Shown: in pieces, positions 16,565 to 24,486 of the stretch
Numbering within the stretch: position 1 is the first letter of the stretch
Layout of the letters: each line of letters starts with the position of its first letter
Assembly: GCA_012961755.1 (NCBI GenBank)
Contig: DTYS01000043.1
Span: 1-40,268 of the forward strand
Length of the DNA stretch: 40,268 nucleotides
Direction of reading: 5' to 3'
Source of the DNA: Candidatus Latescibacterota bacterium
GTDB lineage: Bacteria > Latescibacterota > 4484-107 > B68-G9
Program-made: the position numbers and the translations under genes
Notes under the pieces: generated by a model
The model's database searches: none
Told to the model about the DNA's origin: nothing
Seen by the model: the letters and a program-made list of their open reading frames with translations, nothing else

Positions 16565-18480
16565 AGGGATATCCCCTACTCTTCTCCCCTTTCGGTATAA
16601 AGGGCCTCCAACTTCGTAACAGGGTCGTCATGGCCCCTATGGGGACGTGGTACGCCGACGAGGAGGGGTTCGTGACGGAGAGGTTGGTAGCGTACTACAG
16701 GGAGAGGGCGAGGGGGGGAGCAGGGCTCATAATCGTGGAGCACACCGCCGTGGCCTTGGAGGGAAGGTCCAGCGGAAGGATGCTCTGTGCTTACGACGAC
16801 AAGTACATACCAGGTCTCGCGGAGCTCGCCGAGGCCGTGCACGAGGAAGAAGCTAAGATCGCCTTACAGTTGAACCACGTGGGAATGACGGCGTCCTACG
16901 AGGTCACCGGGCTCCCGGCCGTGGCACCTTCTGCCGTCGGAACCTCGAGGGACGGCAGGGTGCCGCACGAGCTTTCCGAGGAGGAGATATCCCTCCGTAC
17001 CGAGTACTTCGCCCGGGCCGCCTTGAGGGCGAAGGAGGCGGGGTTCGATGCCGTGGAGCTTCACGGGGCCCACGGATACCTCATCAACCAGTTCCTCTCC
17101 CCCTGGACGAACAGGAGGAAGGACCGCTACGGCGGAAGCACGGAGGGCAGGTGCAGGTTCGCAGTGGAGGTCCTCCGGAAGGTGAGGGAATTCGTGGGGG
17201 AGGACTTTCCCGTGTGGTTCAGGGTGGACGGGGATGAGGGTTTAGGAAAGGAGGGGATAACTTCCGAGGAGGCCCGAAGGATATGCAAGATCTTGGAGGA
17301 TGCGGGCTCGGACGCCTTTCATATCTCCTTCGGCCACAGCGAGGGGACGATTTACGCCTCGGCGCCCTACTACCTCCCACAGGGGCATCTGCTTCCCTAC
17401 GCTAAGGCGATAAGGGACGTGGTCTCGGTGCCGGTCATAGCCGTGGGGAGCATATCCGACCCCGATGCCGCCGAAGGGGCGCTGAGGGAGGGATGTGCCG
17501 ACCTCGTGGCCCTGGGGAGGGCCCTGTTGGCGGACCCAGAGTGGCCCAGGAAGGCCGACGAGGGACGCCCCCACAGGCCCTGCATATTGGGGAACAGGGG
17601 ATGTTCCGACAGGAGGGGGGCCCCCGAGGGCGAGATGAGGTGCCTCGTGAGGCCTGAGACCGGAAGGGAATGGAAGGGACCCTTGAGGCGTGCGGAGGTG
17701 AGGAGGAGGGTCGTGGTGGTCGGAGGGGGCCCGGGGGGCATGGAGGCGGCCCTCGTGGCGGCCCGGAGGGGGCACGAGGTCGTGCTCCTCGAGAGGAGGG
17801 AACTCCTTGGGGGGACCTTCAGGGTGGCGGCCAGGCCTCCATGTAAGGATAGGATACTTAAGTTCTTAGAGTATTTAGAGCGGGAGGTGAGGGACGTGGG
17901 CGTGGACCTGCGCTTAGGTGTGGAGGCCACTTCTGAAAGTGTGCTCGAGCTTTCGCCGGATGCCGTCGTAGTGGCCACGGGGGCTAAGTACGTCCTCCCC
18001 GACCTTCCAGGTGTTGAGAACACGGTCATGGCCGTGGAGATCTTGGAGGGGAAGGTTGAGCCCGAAGGCAGGCTCATGGTGGTCGGAGGTGAGGTTACGG
18101 GGCTTGAGACCGCTGACTTCCTCTCGGAGCAAGGCTTTGAAGTCACCGTGGTGGACAGGAAGGGTAACCTCGGGGAGGACCTGACCGGCCACTGCAGGTA
18201 CTTCCTCCTGAGGAGGTTGGAGGAGAAGGGGGTTGAGCTTAGGCCCGGGACGGAGGTCTTAGGGTTCATCCCGGGCGGGGTGGTCGTAAGGTCAGAGGGG
18301 ATGGAGCTGAGGCTCTCCGGGTTCGGGACCGTGGCCGTGGCCTTCGGCCTCGTCCCGGAGGACGGGCTGGCCAGGGAGCTCGGGGGGAGGGTGCCCCTGT
18401 GGGTCGTAGGGGACGCAAGGGAGCCCCGCAGCGCCCTGGAGGCGATCCACGAGGGGTACGAGGTGGGTATGGAGGTATGA
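16561..18480 (+). CDS. Old-Yellow-Enzyme-type NADH:flavin oxidoreductase fused to an FAD/NAD(P) pyridine-nucleotide oxidoreductase domain (2,4-dienoyl-CoA reductase-like)
   Basis: 'LRNRVVMAPMGT', 'HGAHGYLINQFLSPWTNRRKDRYGG', a Cys-containing linker 'RPCILGNRGCSD', then 'VVVVGGGPGGMEAA'. It overlaps the preceding gene's stop as ATGA. Confidence 0.85.
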   Translation: MKGYPLLFSPFGIKGLQLRNRVVMAPMGTWYADEEGFVTERLVAYYRERARGGAGLIIVEHTAVALEGRSSGRMLCAYDDKYIPGLAELAEAVHEEEAKIALQLNHVGMTASYEVTGLPAVAPSAVGTSRDGRVPHELSEEEISLRTEYFARAALRAKEAGFDAVELHGAHGYLINQFLSPWTNRRKDRYGGSTEGRCRFAVEVLRKVREFVGEDFPVWFRVDGDEGLGKEGITSEEARRICKILEDAGSDAFHISFGHSEGTIYASAPYYLPQGHLLPYAKAIRDVVSVPVIAVGSISDPDAAEGALREGCADLVALGRALLADPEWPRKADEGRPHRPCILGNRGCSDRRGAPEGEMRCLVRPETGREWKGPLRRAEVRRRVVVVGGGPGGMEAALVAARRGHEVVLLERRELLGGTFRVAARPPCKDRILKFLEYLEREVRDVGVDLRLGVEATSESVLELSPDAVVVATGAKYVLPDLPGVENTVMAVEILEGKVEPEGRLMVVGGEVTGLETADFLSEQGFEVTVVDRKGNLGEDLTGHCRYFLLRRLEEKGVELRPGTEVLGFIPGGVVVRSEGMELRLSGFGTVAVAFGLVPEDGLARELGGRVPLWVVGDAREPRSALEAIHEGYEVGMEV

Positions 18481-19613
18481 TGGAGAAGATCTTCTTAGGG
18501 GAACTTCTGGTCGACGGGACCTGGGGGGAACCTGTACCCAAGCCCGCCTTGGTAGTGAAGGACGGAAGGATAGAGGAAGTCCGCACGAGGGACGAGCTCC
18601 CCTCGAAGGTCGAGAGGGTGGACTTCGGTGGCCTCACCCTCGTGCCAGGTCTCATAGAGTCCCACGGACACTTAGTGCTCTCCGGTGGCCCGGACGGAGT
18701 GGAGGTCCTCCTAGAGGAGGACTACGGGGAGCTGCTCCTGAGGGCCGCTCATAACGCTGAGAGGGTCCTCAGGGCTGGGATAACCACTTTCAGGGACTGT
18801 GGGGACAAGGGGGGCGTGACGATACGGCTCAGGGATATGGTCAGGAGCGGACACGCCCCAGGCCCGAGGCTTCTGGTCTCGGGCCCTCCCTTGACCAAGG
18901 CCGACGGACACCTCTGGTTCATGGGGGTGACCGCGGAGGACGGCCCCGAGCTCGTCAGGGCTGCGGGGAAACTGATACGCAGGGGGGTGGACTGGGTGAA
19001 GGTGTGCGTCACCGGAGGTGGGCTCACGCCTGGGACGGACGTGAGGAGGGCTCAGTACGGTCCCGAGGAACTTTCGGTTTTGGTCGAAGAGGTCCATAGG
19101 GCAGGGCGCAGGGTCTCGGCCCACGTACATGGGACCGAGGGCATAAGGAACGCCGTGCTTGCGGGGGTTGACAGCCTGGAACACTGCTCATGGCTCGGAG
19201 GGTTCAGGGAGGATGTCTTAGAGGAGATAAAGAGGAGGGGGACGTTCATCTGCCACACGATAGCCGGTAGGAGGGATGGGACCGAGGTCCCTGGAACGCT
19301 CGTCCTTCAGCTCAGGGCCCTCCGCTCCGGGGCGAAGGTAGTGCTGGGCTCGGACGCAGGTATACCCGACACCCCGATAGATGAGCTCTACAAGGCCCTC
19401 GCGGTGGCGGTGAGGGCAGGGTTCACCGAGGAAGAGGCCCTGAGGTCGGTCACGGGGACAGCGGCCGAGATGCTCGGGCTCGGCGACGAGCTCGGGACGC
19501 TCGAGAGGGGAAAGCTTGCGGACTTCCTGGCTGTCGAAGGTAACCCGTTGGAGGACGTGGGGTCCTTAGGTCGGGTGGAACATGTGGTCTTAGGAGGGCG
19601 GATAGTGCGATAG
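18477..19613 (+). CDS. Amidohydrolase-superfamily metal-dependent hydrolase
   Basis: 'LTLVPGLIESHGHL' (HxH), 'VKVCVTGG', 'VSAHVHG' and 'LGSDAG' follow the order of amidohydrolase metal ligands. The start is ATG 18477 (ATGA overlap) or 18480. The ORF-track extension to 18399 overlaps the upstream gene. Confidence 0.8.
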   Translation: MMEKIFLGELLVDGTWGEPVPKPALVVKDGRIEEVRTRDELPSKVERVDFGGLTLVPGLIESHGHLVLSGGPDGVEVLLEEDYGELLLRAAHNAERVLRAGITTFRDCGDKGGVTIRLRDMVRSGHAPGPRLLVSGPPLTKADGHLWFMGVTAEDGPELVRAAGKLIRRGVDWVKVCVTGGGLTPGTDVRRAQYGPEELSVLVEEVHRAGRRVSAHVHGTEGIRNAVLAGVDSLEHCSWLGGFREDVLEEIKRRGTFICHTIAGRRDGTEVPGTLVLQLRALRSGAKVVLGSDAGIPDTPIDELYKALAVAVRAGFTEEEALRSVTGTAAEMLGLGDELGTLERGKLADFLAVEGNPLEDVGSLGRVEHVVLGGRIVR

Positions 19614-19621
19614 GGGGGAAC

Positions 19622-20446
19622 ATGGAGTACTTGGAGGAACTCTTCGGGCTCGAAGGGAAGGTGGCGGCTGTGACCGGAGGTGGTGGGGTGCTGTGCGGCG
19701 CGATGGCCAGGGCCTTGGGGAGGCTCGGGGTCAAGGTTGCGGTGTTGGACGTATCCGAGGAGGCTGCGAGGAAGGTAGCGGAGGACGTGGAGGCCGAAGG
19801 GGGGGAAGCGCTTCACCTTAAGTGTGATGTGACGGACAGGAGGAGCTTGGAGGAGGCGAGGGAAGGGACCTTAGAGAGGTTCGAGAGGGTGGACTTCCTC
19901 ATAAACGGTGCTGGAGGCAACAGGCCGCAGGCCACCACCTCCCCGGAGCTTCCCTTCTTCAAGCTACCTGAGGATGCGGTGGGGTGGGTGTTCGGGCTGA
20001 ACTTCACCGGGACCTTCCTGGCGAGCCAGGTCTTCGGTGAACACATGGCCGAAAGGGGCGAGGGCGTCATACTCAACGTATCGTCCATGAACGCCCTCAG
20101 GCCCCTCACGAGGATACCCGCGTATTCCGCCGCAAAGGTTGCCGTCAGCAACTTCACCCAGTGGCTTGCGGTCCACATGGCCCAGGAATACTCCCCTAAG
20201 ATCAGGGTGGTGGCCATAGCTCCGGGCTTCTTTCTGACCGAGCAGAACAGGTACCTGCTACTGGACGATGAGGGTGAGCTCACCCCCAGAGGCAGGACCA
20301 TAATAGATCATACGCCGCAGGGAAGGTTCGGAAGTCCCCAGGACCTTGTAGGGGCAGTGGTGTGGCTCCTCTCGCCCTCGGCATCCTTTGTCACCGGGAT
20401 CGTGGTGCCCATAGACGGTGGATTCTCCGCCTTCAGCGGGGTTTGA
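19622..20446 (+). CDS. SDR-family oxidoreductase, UxuB/mannonate-oxidoreductase-like
   Basis: 'KVAAVTGGGGVLCGAM' (TGxxxGxG), 'INGAGGN' and 'PAYSAAKVAV' (YxxxK). 'IAPGFFLTEQNRYLL' is, as I recall, typical of the SDR-type D-mannonate/fructuronate oxidoreductases. Confidence 0.85.
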   Translation: MEYLEELFGLEGKVAAVTGGGGVLCGAMARALGRLGVKVAVLDVSEEAARKVAEDVEAEGGEALHLKCDVTDRRSLEEAREGTLERFERVDFLINGAGGNRPQATTSPELPFFKLPEDAVGWVFGLNFTGTFLASQVFGEHMAERGEGVILNVSSMNALRPLTRIPAYSAAKVAVSNFTQWLAVHMAQEYSPKIRVVAIAPGFFLTEQNRYLLLDDEGELTPRGRTIIDHTPQGRFGSPQDLVGAVVWLLSPSASFVTGIVVPIDGGFSAFSGV

Positions 20447-20459
20447 GCGGGGAGGGAGT

Positions 20460-21719
20460 ATGGCCGGGAAGGGATACACGGAGGAGCTGCTTTCGGAAGG
20501 GGAGGTCAGGTCCATAGTTGAGGCGGCGTTTTCAAAGTGGGACTTAGATGGGAGGAGGGTACTCTTCATCATCCCGGATGGAACCAGGACTGCACCTATC
20601 CCTATGATGTTCAGAATGTTTCATGAGCTCCTTTCCGGAAAGGTGGAAGCCCTGGACTACCTCGTAGCCTTGGGCACTCATCCACCTATGTCCCAGGAGG
20701 CGATAAACAAGCTCGTGGGCGTCTCTCCCGAGGACTGGGAGGGGAGGTACAGGGATGTGAGGGTCTTCAACCACCGCTGGGACCTACCCGACACCTTCGT
20801 CCAGCTGGGCACCATACCCCCCTCCGATGTGGCCGAGATGACCGACGGGCTCATGGAGATGCCGGTCGAGGTCAAGCTCAACAGAATGGTCTTAGACTAC
20901 GATAGGATAGTGATATGTGGTCCAGTGTTCCCCCACGAGGTCGTTGGCTTTTCGGGGGGGAACAAGTACTTCTTTCCCGGAATAGGTGGTTGGGAGGTGA
21001 TAAACTTTTCCCACTGGCTCGGTGCCGTGATGACCATACTCAAGATAATAGGCGTCAAGCACACCCCGGTAAGGAGGATTATAGATAGGGCAGCAAGCTT
21101 CCTGGACAAGCCCAAGTACTGCCTCGCTATGGTGGTCAAGGACGGTGGGCTGGCAGGGCTATACGCTGGCACGCCCGAGGAGGCGTACGAGGAGGCGGCG
21201 GACCTTTCCGCCCAGGTCCACATAATCTGGGTGGACGAGCCCTTCAGGAAGGTAATATCCGTTATGCCCGAGATGTACGACGACATATGGACCGCCGCCA
21301 AGGGGATGTACAAGGTGGAGCCCGCGGTCGCGGACGGAGGGGAGGTGATAATATACGCACCCCACATAACCGAGATCTCGTACACCCACGGCAGGATACT
21401 GGACGAGATAGGGTACCACGTGAGGGATTACTTCCTCAAGCAGTGGGACAGGTTCAAGGGCTACCCTTGGGGTGTACTCGCTCACTCGACGCACCTTAAG
21501 GGGTTCGGATGGTACGACGAGAGGACGGGCGTGGAGAGACCCAGGGTCCAGGTGTACTTGGCCACGGGGATACCCAAGGAAAGGGTCGAGAAGGTGAACC
21601 TCGGATACATAGATCCATCCTCCTTCAGGCCCGAGGACTACATGGGCAGGGAGGACGAGGGGATACTGGTGCTCCCGAAGGCGGGAGAGGTGCTCTACAG
21701 GTTGAGGGAGGAGGGATGA
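20460..21719 (+). CDS. LarA-family (DUF2088, nickel-pincer cofactor-dependent) 2-hydroxyacid racemase/epimerase homologue
   Basis: The ATG at 20460 follows GGAGGGAG. Motifs 'VLFIIPDGTRT', 'ALGTHPPM' and 'PHEVVGFSGGNKYFFPG...INFSHW'. The His, Lys and His spacing is +10 and +16, as in LarA His174/Lys184/His200. Confidence 0.85.
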   Translation: MAGKGYTEELLSEGEVRSIVEAAFSKWDLDGRRVLFIIPDGTRTAPIPMMFRMFHELLSGKVEALDYLVALGTHPPMSQEAINKLVGVSPEDWEGRYRDVRVFNHRWDLPDTFVQLGTIPPSDVAEMTDGLMEMPVEVKLNRMVLDYDRIVICGPVFPHEVVGFSGGNKYFFPGIGGWEVINFSHWLGAVMTILKIIGVKHTPVRRIIDRAASFLDKPKYCLAMVVKDGGLAGLYAGTPEEAYEEAADLSAQVHIIWVDEPFRKVISVMPEMYDDIWTAAKGMYKVEPAVADGGEVIIYAPHITEISYTHGRILDEIGYHVRDYFLKQWDRFKGYPWGVLAHSTHLKGFGWYDERTGVERPRVQVYLATGIPKERVEKVNLGYIDPSSFRPEDYMGREDEGILVLPKAGEVLYRLREEG

Positions 21720-23221
21720 GCCCGGAGGTGGAAAGGAGAGAGGCCGAGGCCCCGTTCGTCTTAGCCTTGGACGTAGGAAGCTCGGCCCTCAGGGCCATAT
21801 TCTTCGACTCCCTGGGGAGGAGCGTAAGGGACCTATCTGCCCGGAGGGAGTACAGACTGAAGACCACGCCCGACGGAGGGGCGGTTCTCGATCCGGAGGA
21901 GCTCTTACAGGTTCTGGTGGATGTGGTGGACGAAGTTCTGGCTGAGGCAGGAGGGCTCTCCGAGAAGTTGGCGGCCGTCGGGATGGACACCATAGTTTCT
22001 AACGTCTTAGGTGTGGACGGGGAGGGCCTGCCCTTGACCCCTATATACACCTACGCGGACGTCAGGAACGGAGGGGAGGTGAGGAAGCTCAAGGAGAACC
22101 TGGAAGAGGGGAGGTTTTACGAACGCACTGGGGTTCCCTTCCATACGAGCTACCTCCCCGCGAGGTTCCTCTGGGCCGAGGGTGCCTTAGGGGAGGAGTT
22201 CCGTAGGGTGAGGCTCTGGCTTTCCTTCGGGGCATTCGTGCTCCTGAGGTTCTTCGGAAGGACCGGGGAAAGCCTTTCCGTGGCCTCCTGGTCCGGGCTT
22301 TTAAACAGGCACGAGCTTTCTTGGGACGAGGAACTGCTTTCCTACCTTCCCGTCGGCCCCGAGGAGCTACCTAAACTTGTGGATGTGAACCATCCCTTCG
22401 TCGGGCTCAGGAGGGAATGGGCCGGTAGGTGGCCTGAGCTCAAGGACCTGCCTTGGTTCCCGGCAATAGGTGACGGGGCTGCGGCCAACTTAGGAAGCGG
22501 GTGTACGGACCCCAGGAGGGTGGCACTGACCTTAGGGACGACCGGAGCCGTACGAGCGGTGCACACGGGAAGCGTGACGCTCCCACGGGGACTCTGGGAC
22601 TACAGAGTTGACGGAAGGAGGGGACTCCTTGGAGGGGCACTCACCGAGGGCGGAGGGCTCTACGTCTGGCTGAAGAACTTCCTGAGGGTCCCTGACGACC
22701 CCGAGGAGGCCCTCTCGAGGATGCCTCCCGACTCCCACGAGCTTACGGTGCTCCCCTTCCTTTCTGGGGAGAGGAGCCCGGGATGGAGGGGGGACGCAAG
22801 GATGGCCGTGGTGGGACTTTCCTTCCACCACGGGCCCTTGGACCTCTTAAGGGCCGGGATGGAGGCGGTGGCGTACAGGTTCGGGTTAATATACGAGCTC
22901 CTGAGGGAGGCGCTTCCAGAGGCCCAGGAGGTCGTGGCAAGCGGAGGGGCGCTCATGGCCTCCCCGACGTGGGCGCAGATGGTCGCGGACGTCTTAGGGA
23001 GGGCCGTCGTGCTCTCCGCTGTCCCCGAGGCTACCGCCAGGGGCACGGCCCTCCCGGCGTTGGAATCCACGGGCACCATCAAGGACGTGTCAGAGGCTCC
23101 GGAGTTCTTTGGAAGGGCTTACGAGCCGGACCCTGAAAGACACGGGGTTTACCTCGAGGCCATGGAGCGACAGAGAAGGTTGTACGATCTTTTGCTATGT
23201 CGGGGGGGGGCGTCTACTTAA
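21716..23221 (+). CDS. FGGY-family carbohydrate kinase (gluconokinase/xylulokinase-like)
   Basis: The ATG at 21716 overlaps the LarA-like stop (ATGA). Motifs 'FVLALDVGSSALRA', 'LTLGTTGAVR' and the C-terminal FGGY signature 'SGGALMASPTWAQMVADVLG'. Confidence 0.85.
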   Translation: MSPEVERREAEAPFVLALDVGSSALRAIFFDSLGRSVRDLSARREYRLKTTPDGGAVLDPEELLQVLVDVVDEVLAEAGGLSEKLAAVGMDTIVSNVLGVDGEGLPLTPIYTYADVRNGGEVRKLKENLEEGRFYERTGVPFHTSYLPARFLWAEGALGEEFRRVRLWLSFGAFVLLRFFGRTGESLSVASWSGLLNRHELSWDEELLSYLPVGPEELPKLVDVNHPFVGLRREWAGRWPELKDLPWFPAIGDGAAANLGSGCTDPRRVALTLGTTGAVRAVHTGSVTLPRGLWDYRVDGRRGLLGGALTEGGGLYVWLKNFLRVPDDPEEALSRMPPDSHELTVLPFLSGERSPGWRGDARMAVVGLSFHHGPLDLLRAGMEAVAYRFGLIYELLREALPEAQEVVASGGALMASPTWAQMVADVLGRAVVLSAVPEATARGTALPALESTGTIKDVSEAPEFFGRAYEPDPERHGVYLEAMERQRRLYDLLLCRGGAST

Positions 23222-24482
23222 CTCCCATGCGCAGAAGGAGGTATATGCCAAGGGCACCTACCAGGAGGTCCGGTGCCCACATTATGGCCCAGGGGGAGAC
23301 CAGCATCCTGTCCGCCAGTTCCTCCCCACCTATAAGGAACGCCCAGTAGACCACGAAGAAGCCCACGCTAAGCCCGAACCCCACTCCAAGTCCTCCCTTC
23401 CTGACCCTTATCCCAAGGGGCATTCCGACTAGAACGAAGACTATGCAAGCTACTGGGATAGAGTACTTCTTGTGAAGTTCGACCTGGTATTTGTTTATGC
23501 TCCTCCTGTAGGACTTGAGCACCTCCCACTGCGTGAACATCCCTCCGAGCGCCCCCCTTGAAAGTTTCCCTTCTGAGAGGGCCCGTGCGTGGGACAGCAC
23601 TTCGTCCGTGGTCTCGGCTCTTATGCCGAGCTTCAGCGCTATCTCCGATATCTTCAATTCGGCCTTCTTTGCCTTCGCCTCAAGTTCCTTTATCCTTTCC
23701 TTGAGCATCCTTATGCTCATCTCCCTGTCTCCCCTCCCCACCTCCTCAAGTCTCAGACCCATCCTGAGGCCGGATATCCTCACGACGTACTTGGAGAAAT
23801 TGGTGCGGACGTACCTTTCCGGCTCCTTGGGGTCCATCCGGTGCACCTCGCCCTGATGGAGCGTCACGGTCATGGTCTCTCCGTCCGGAGAGATGCGAAG
23901 CTCGCCCCACTTGGCCTTGAGCACCGTCGTTATCCCCTCCTTCCCCTTACCGTACAGTGTGACCCCGTAGAGCCTTTCCCCCTTCCTGTCCACCTTTCGG
24001 AAGAGCAAGCTATATCCAGGGAAGTCCACGAAGGTTCCCTCACTCCCCTTGAGGCTCAAGGCCGGCCTCTTCCTGTGGACGGCGGCCAAGAGCACCTTAA
24101 CCCTATGGTTGGCCTCGGGCAGCACCCTGTCGTCGAACTTCACCATCCCCACAGTTAACATCGCTGAGGCGATGAGGGGGGCGAACAGCATCCTGTAGGG
24201 GCTCACCCCCCCTGCCCACATGGCCTGGACCTCCCCGTCCGCGGAGAGCCTCCCGAAGGCCATCAGGGTGGATACCAACACGGCCATGGGGACGGCCAAG
24301 GCCAACATCCAGGCCAGGCTGAAGAGGGCTATCTGACCCACCACAAGGAAGGGGACCCCCTTGGATATCAGGAGGTCCATCATCTCCAATATCGTGTCCA
24401 GCATGAGCACGAGGAGGAGCACCGAGAGGGAGAGGAAGAAGGGCCTCAGGTGTTCCCTCAGGATGTACCGGTCCAGGACCAC
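23214..24482 (-). CDS. LptF/LptG-family LPS export permease
   Basis: 'LDRYILREHLRPFFLSLSVLLLVLML', multiple TM segments, a central periplasmic beta-jellyroll-like region and a C-terminal TM bundle. The 3' end overlaps the convergent FGGY kinase by 8 nt. Confidence 0.85.
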   Translation of the reverse strand: MVLDRYILREHLRPFFLSLSVLLLVLMLDTILEMMDLLISKGVPFLVVGQIALFSLAWMLALAVPMAVLVSTLMAFGRLSADGEVQAMWAGGVSPYRMLFAPLIASAMLTVGMVKFDDRVLPEANHRVKVLLAAVHRKRPALSLKGSEGTFVDFPGYSLLFRKVDRKGERLYGVTLYGKGKEGITTVLKAKWGELRISPDGETMTVTLHQGEVHRMDPKEPERYVRTNFSKYVVRISGLRMGLRLEEVGRGDREMSIRMLKERIKELEAKAKKAELKISEIALKLGIRAETTDEVLSHARALSEGKLSRGALGGMFTQWEVLKSYRRSINKYQVELHKKYSIPVACIVFVLVGMPLGIRVRKGGLGVGFGLSVGFFVVYWAFLIGGEELADRMLVSPWAIMWAPDLLVGALGIYLLLRMGVK

Positions 24483-24486
24483 CCCC

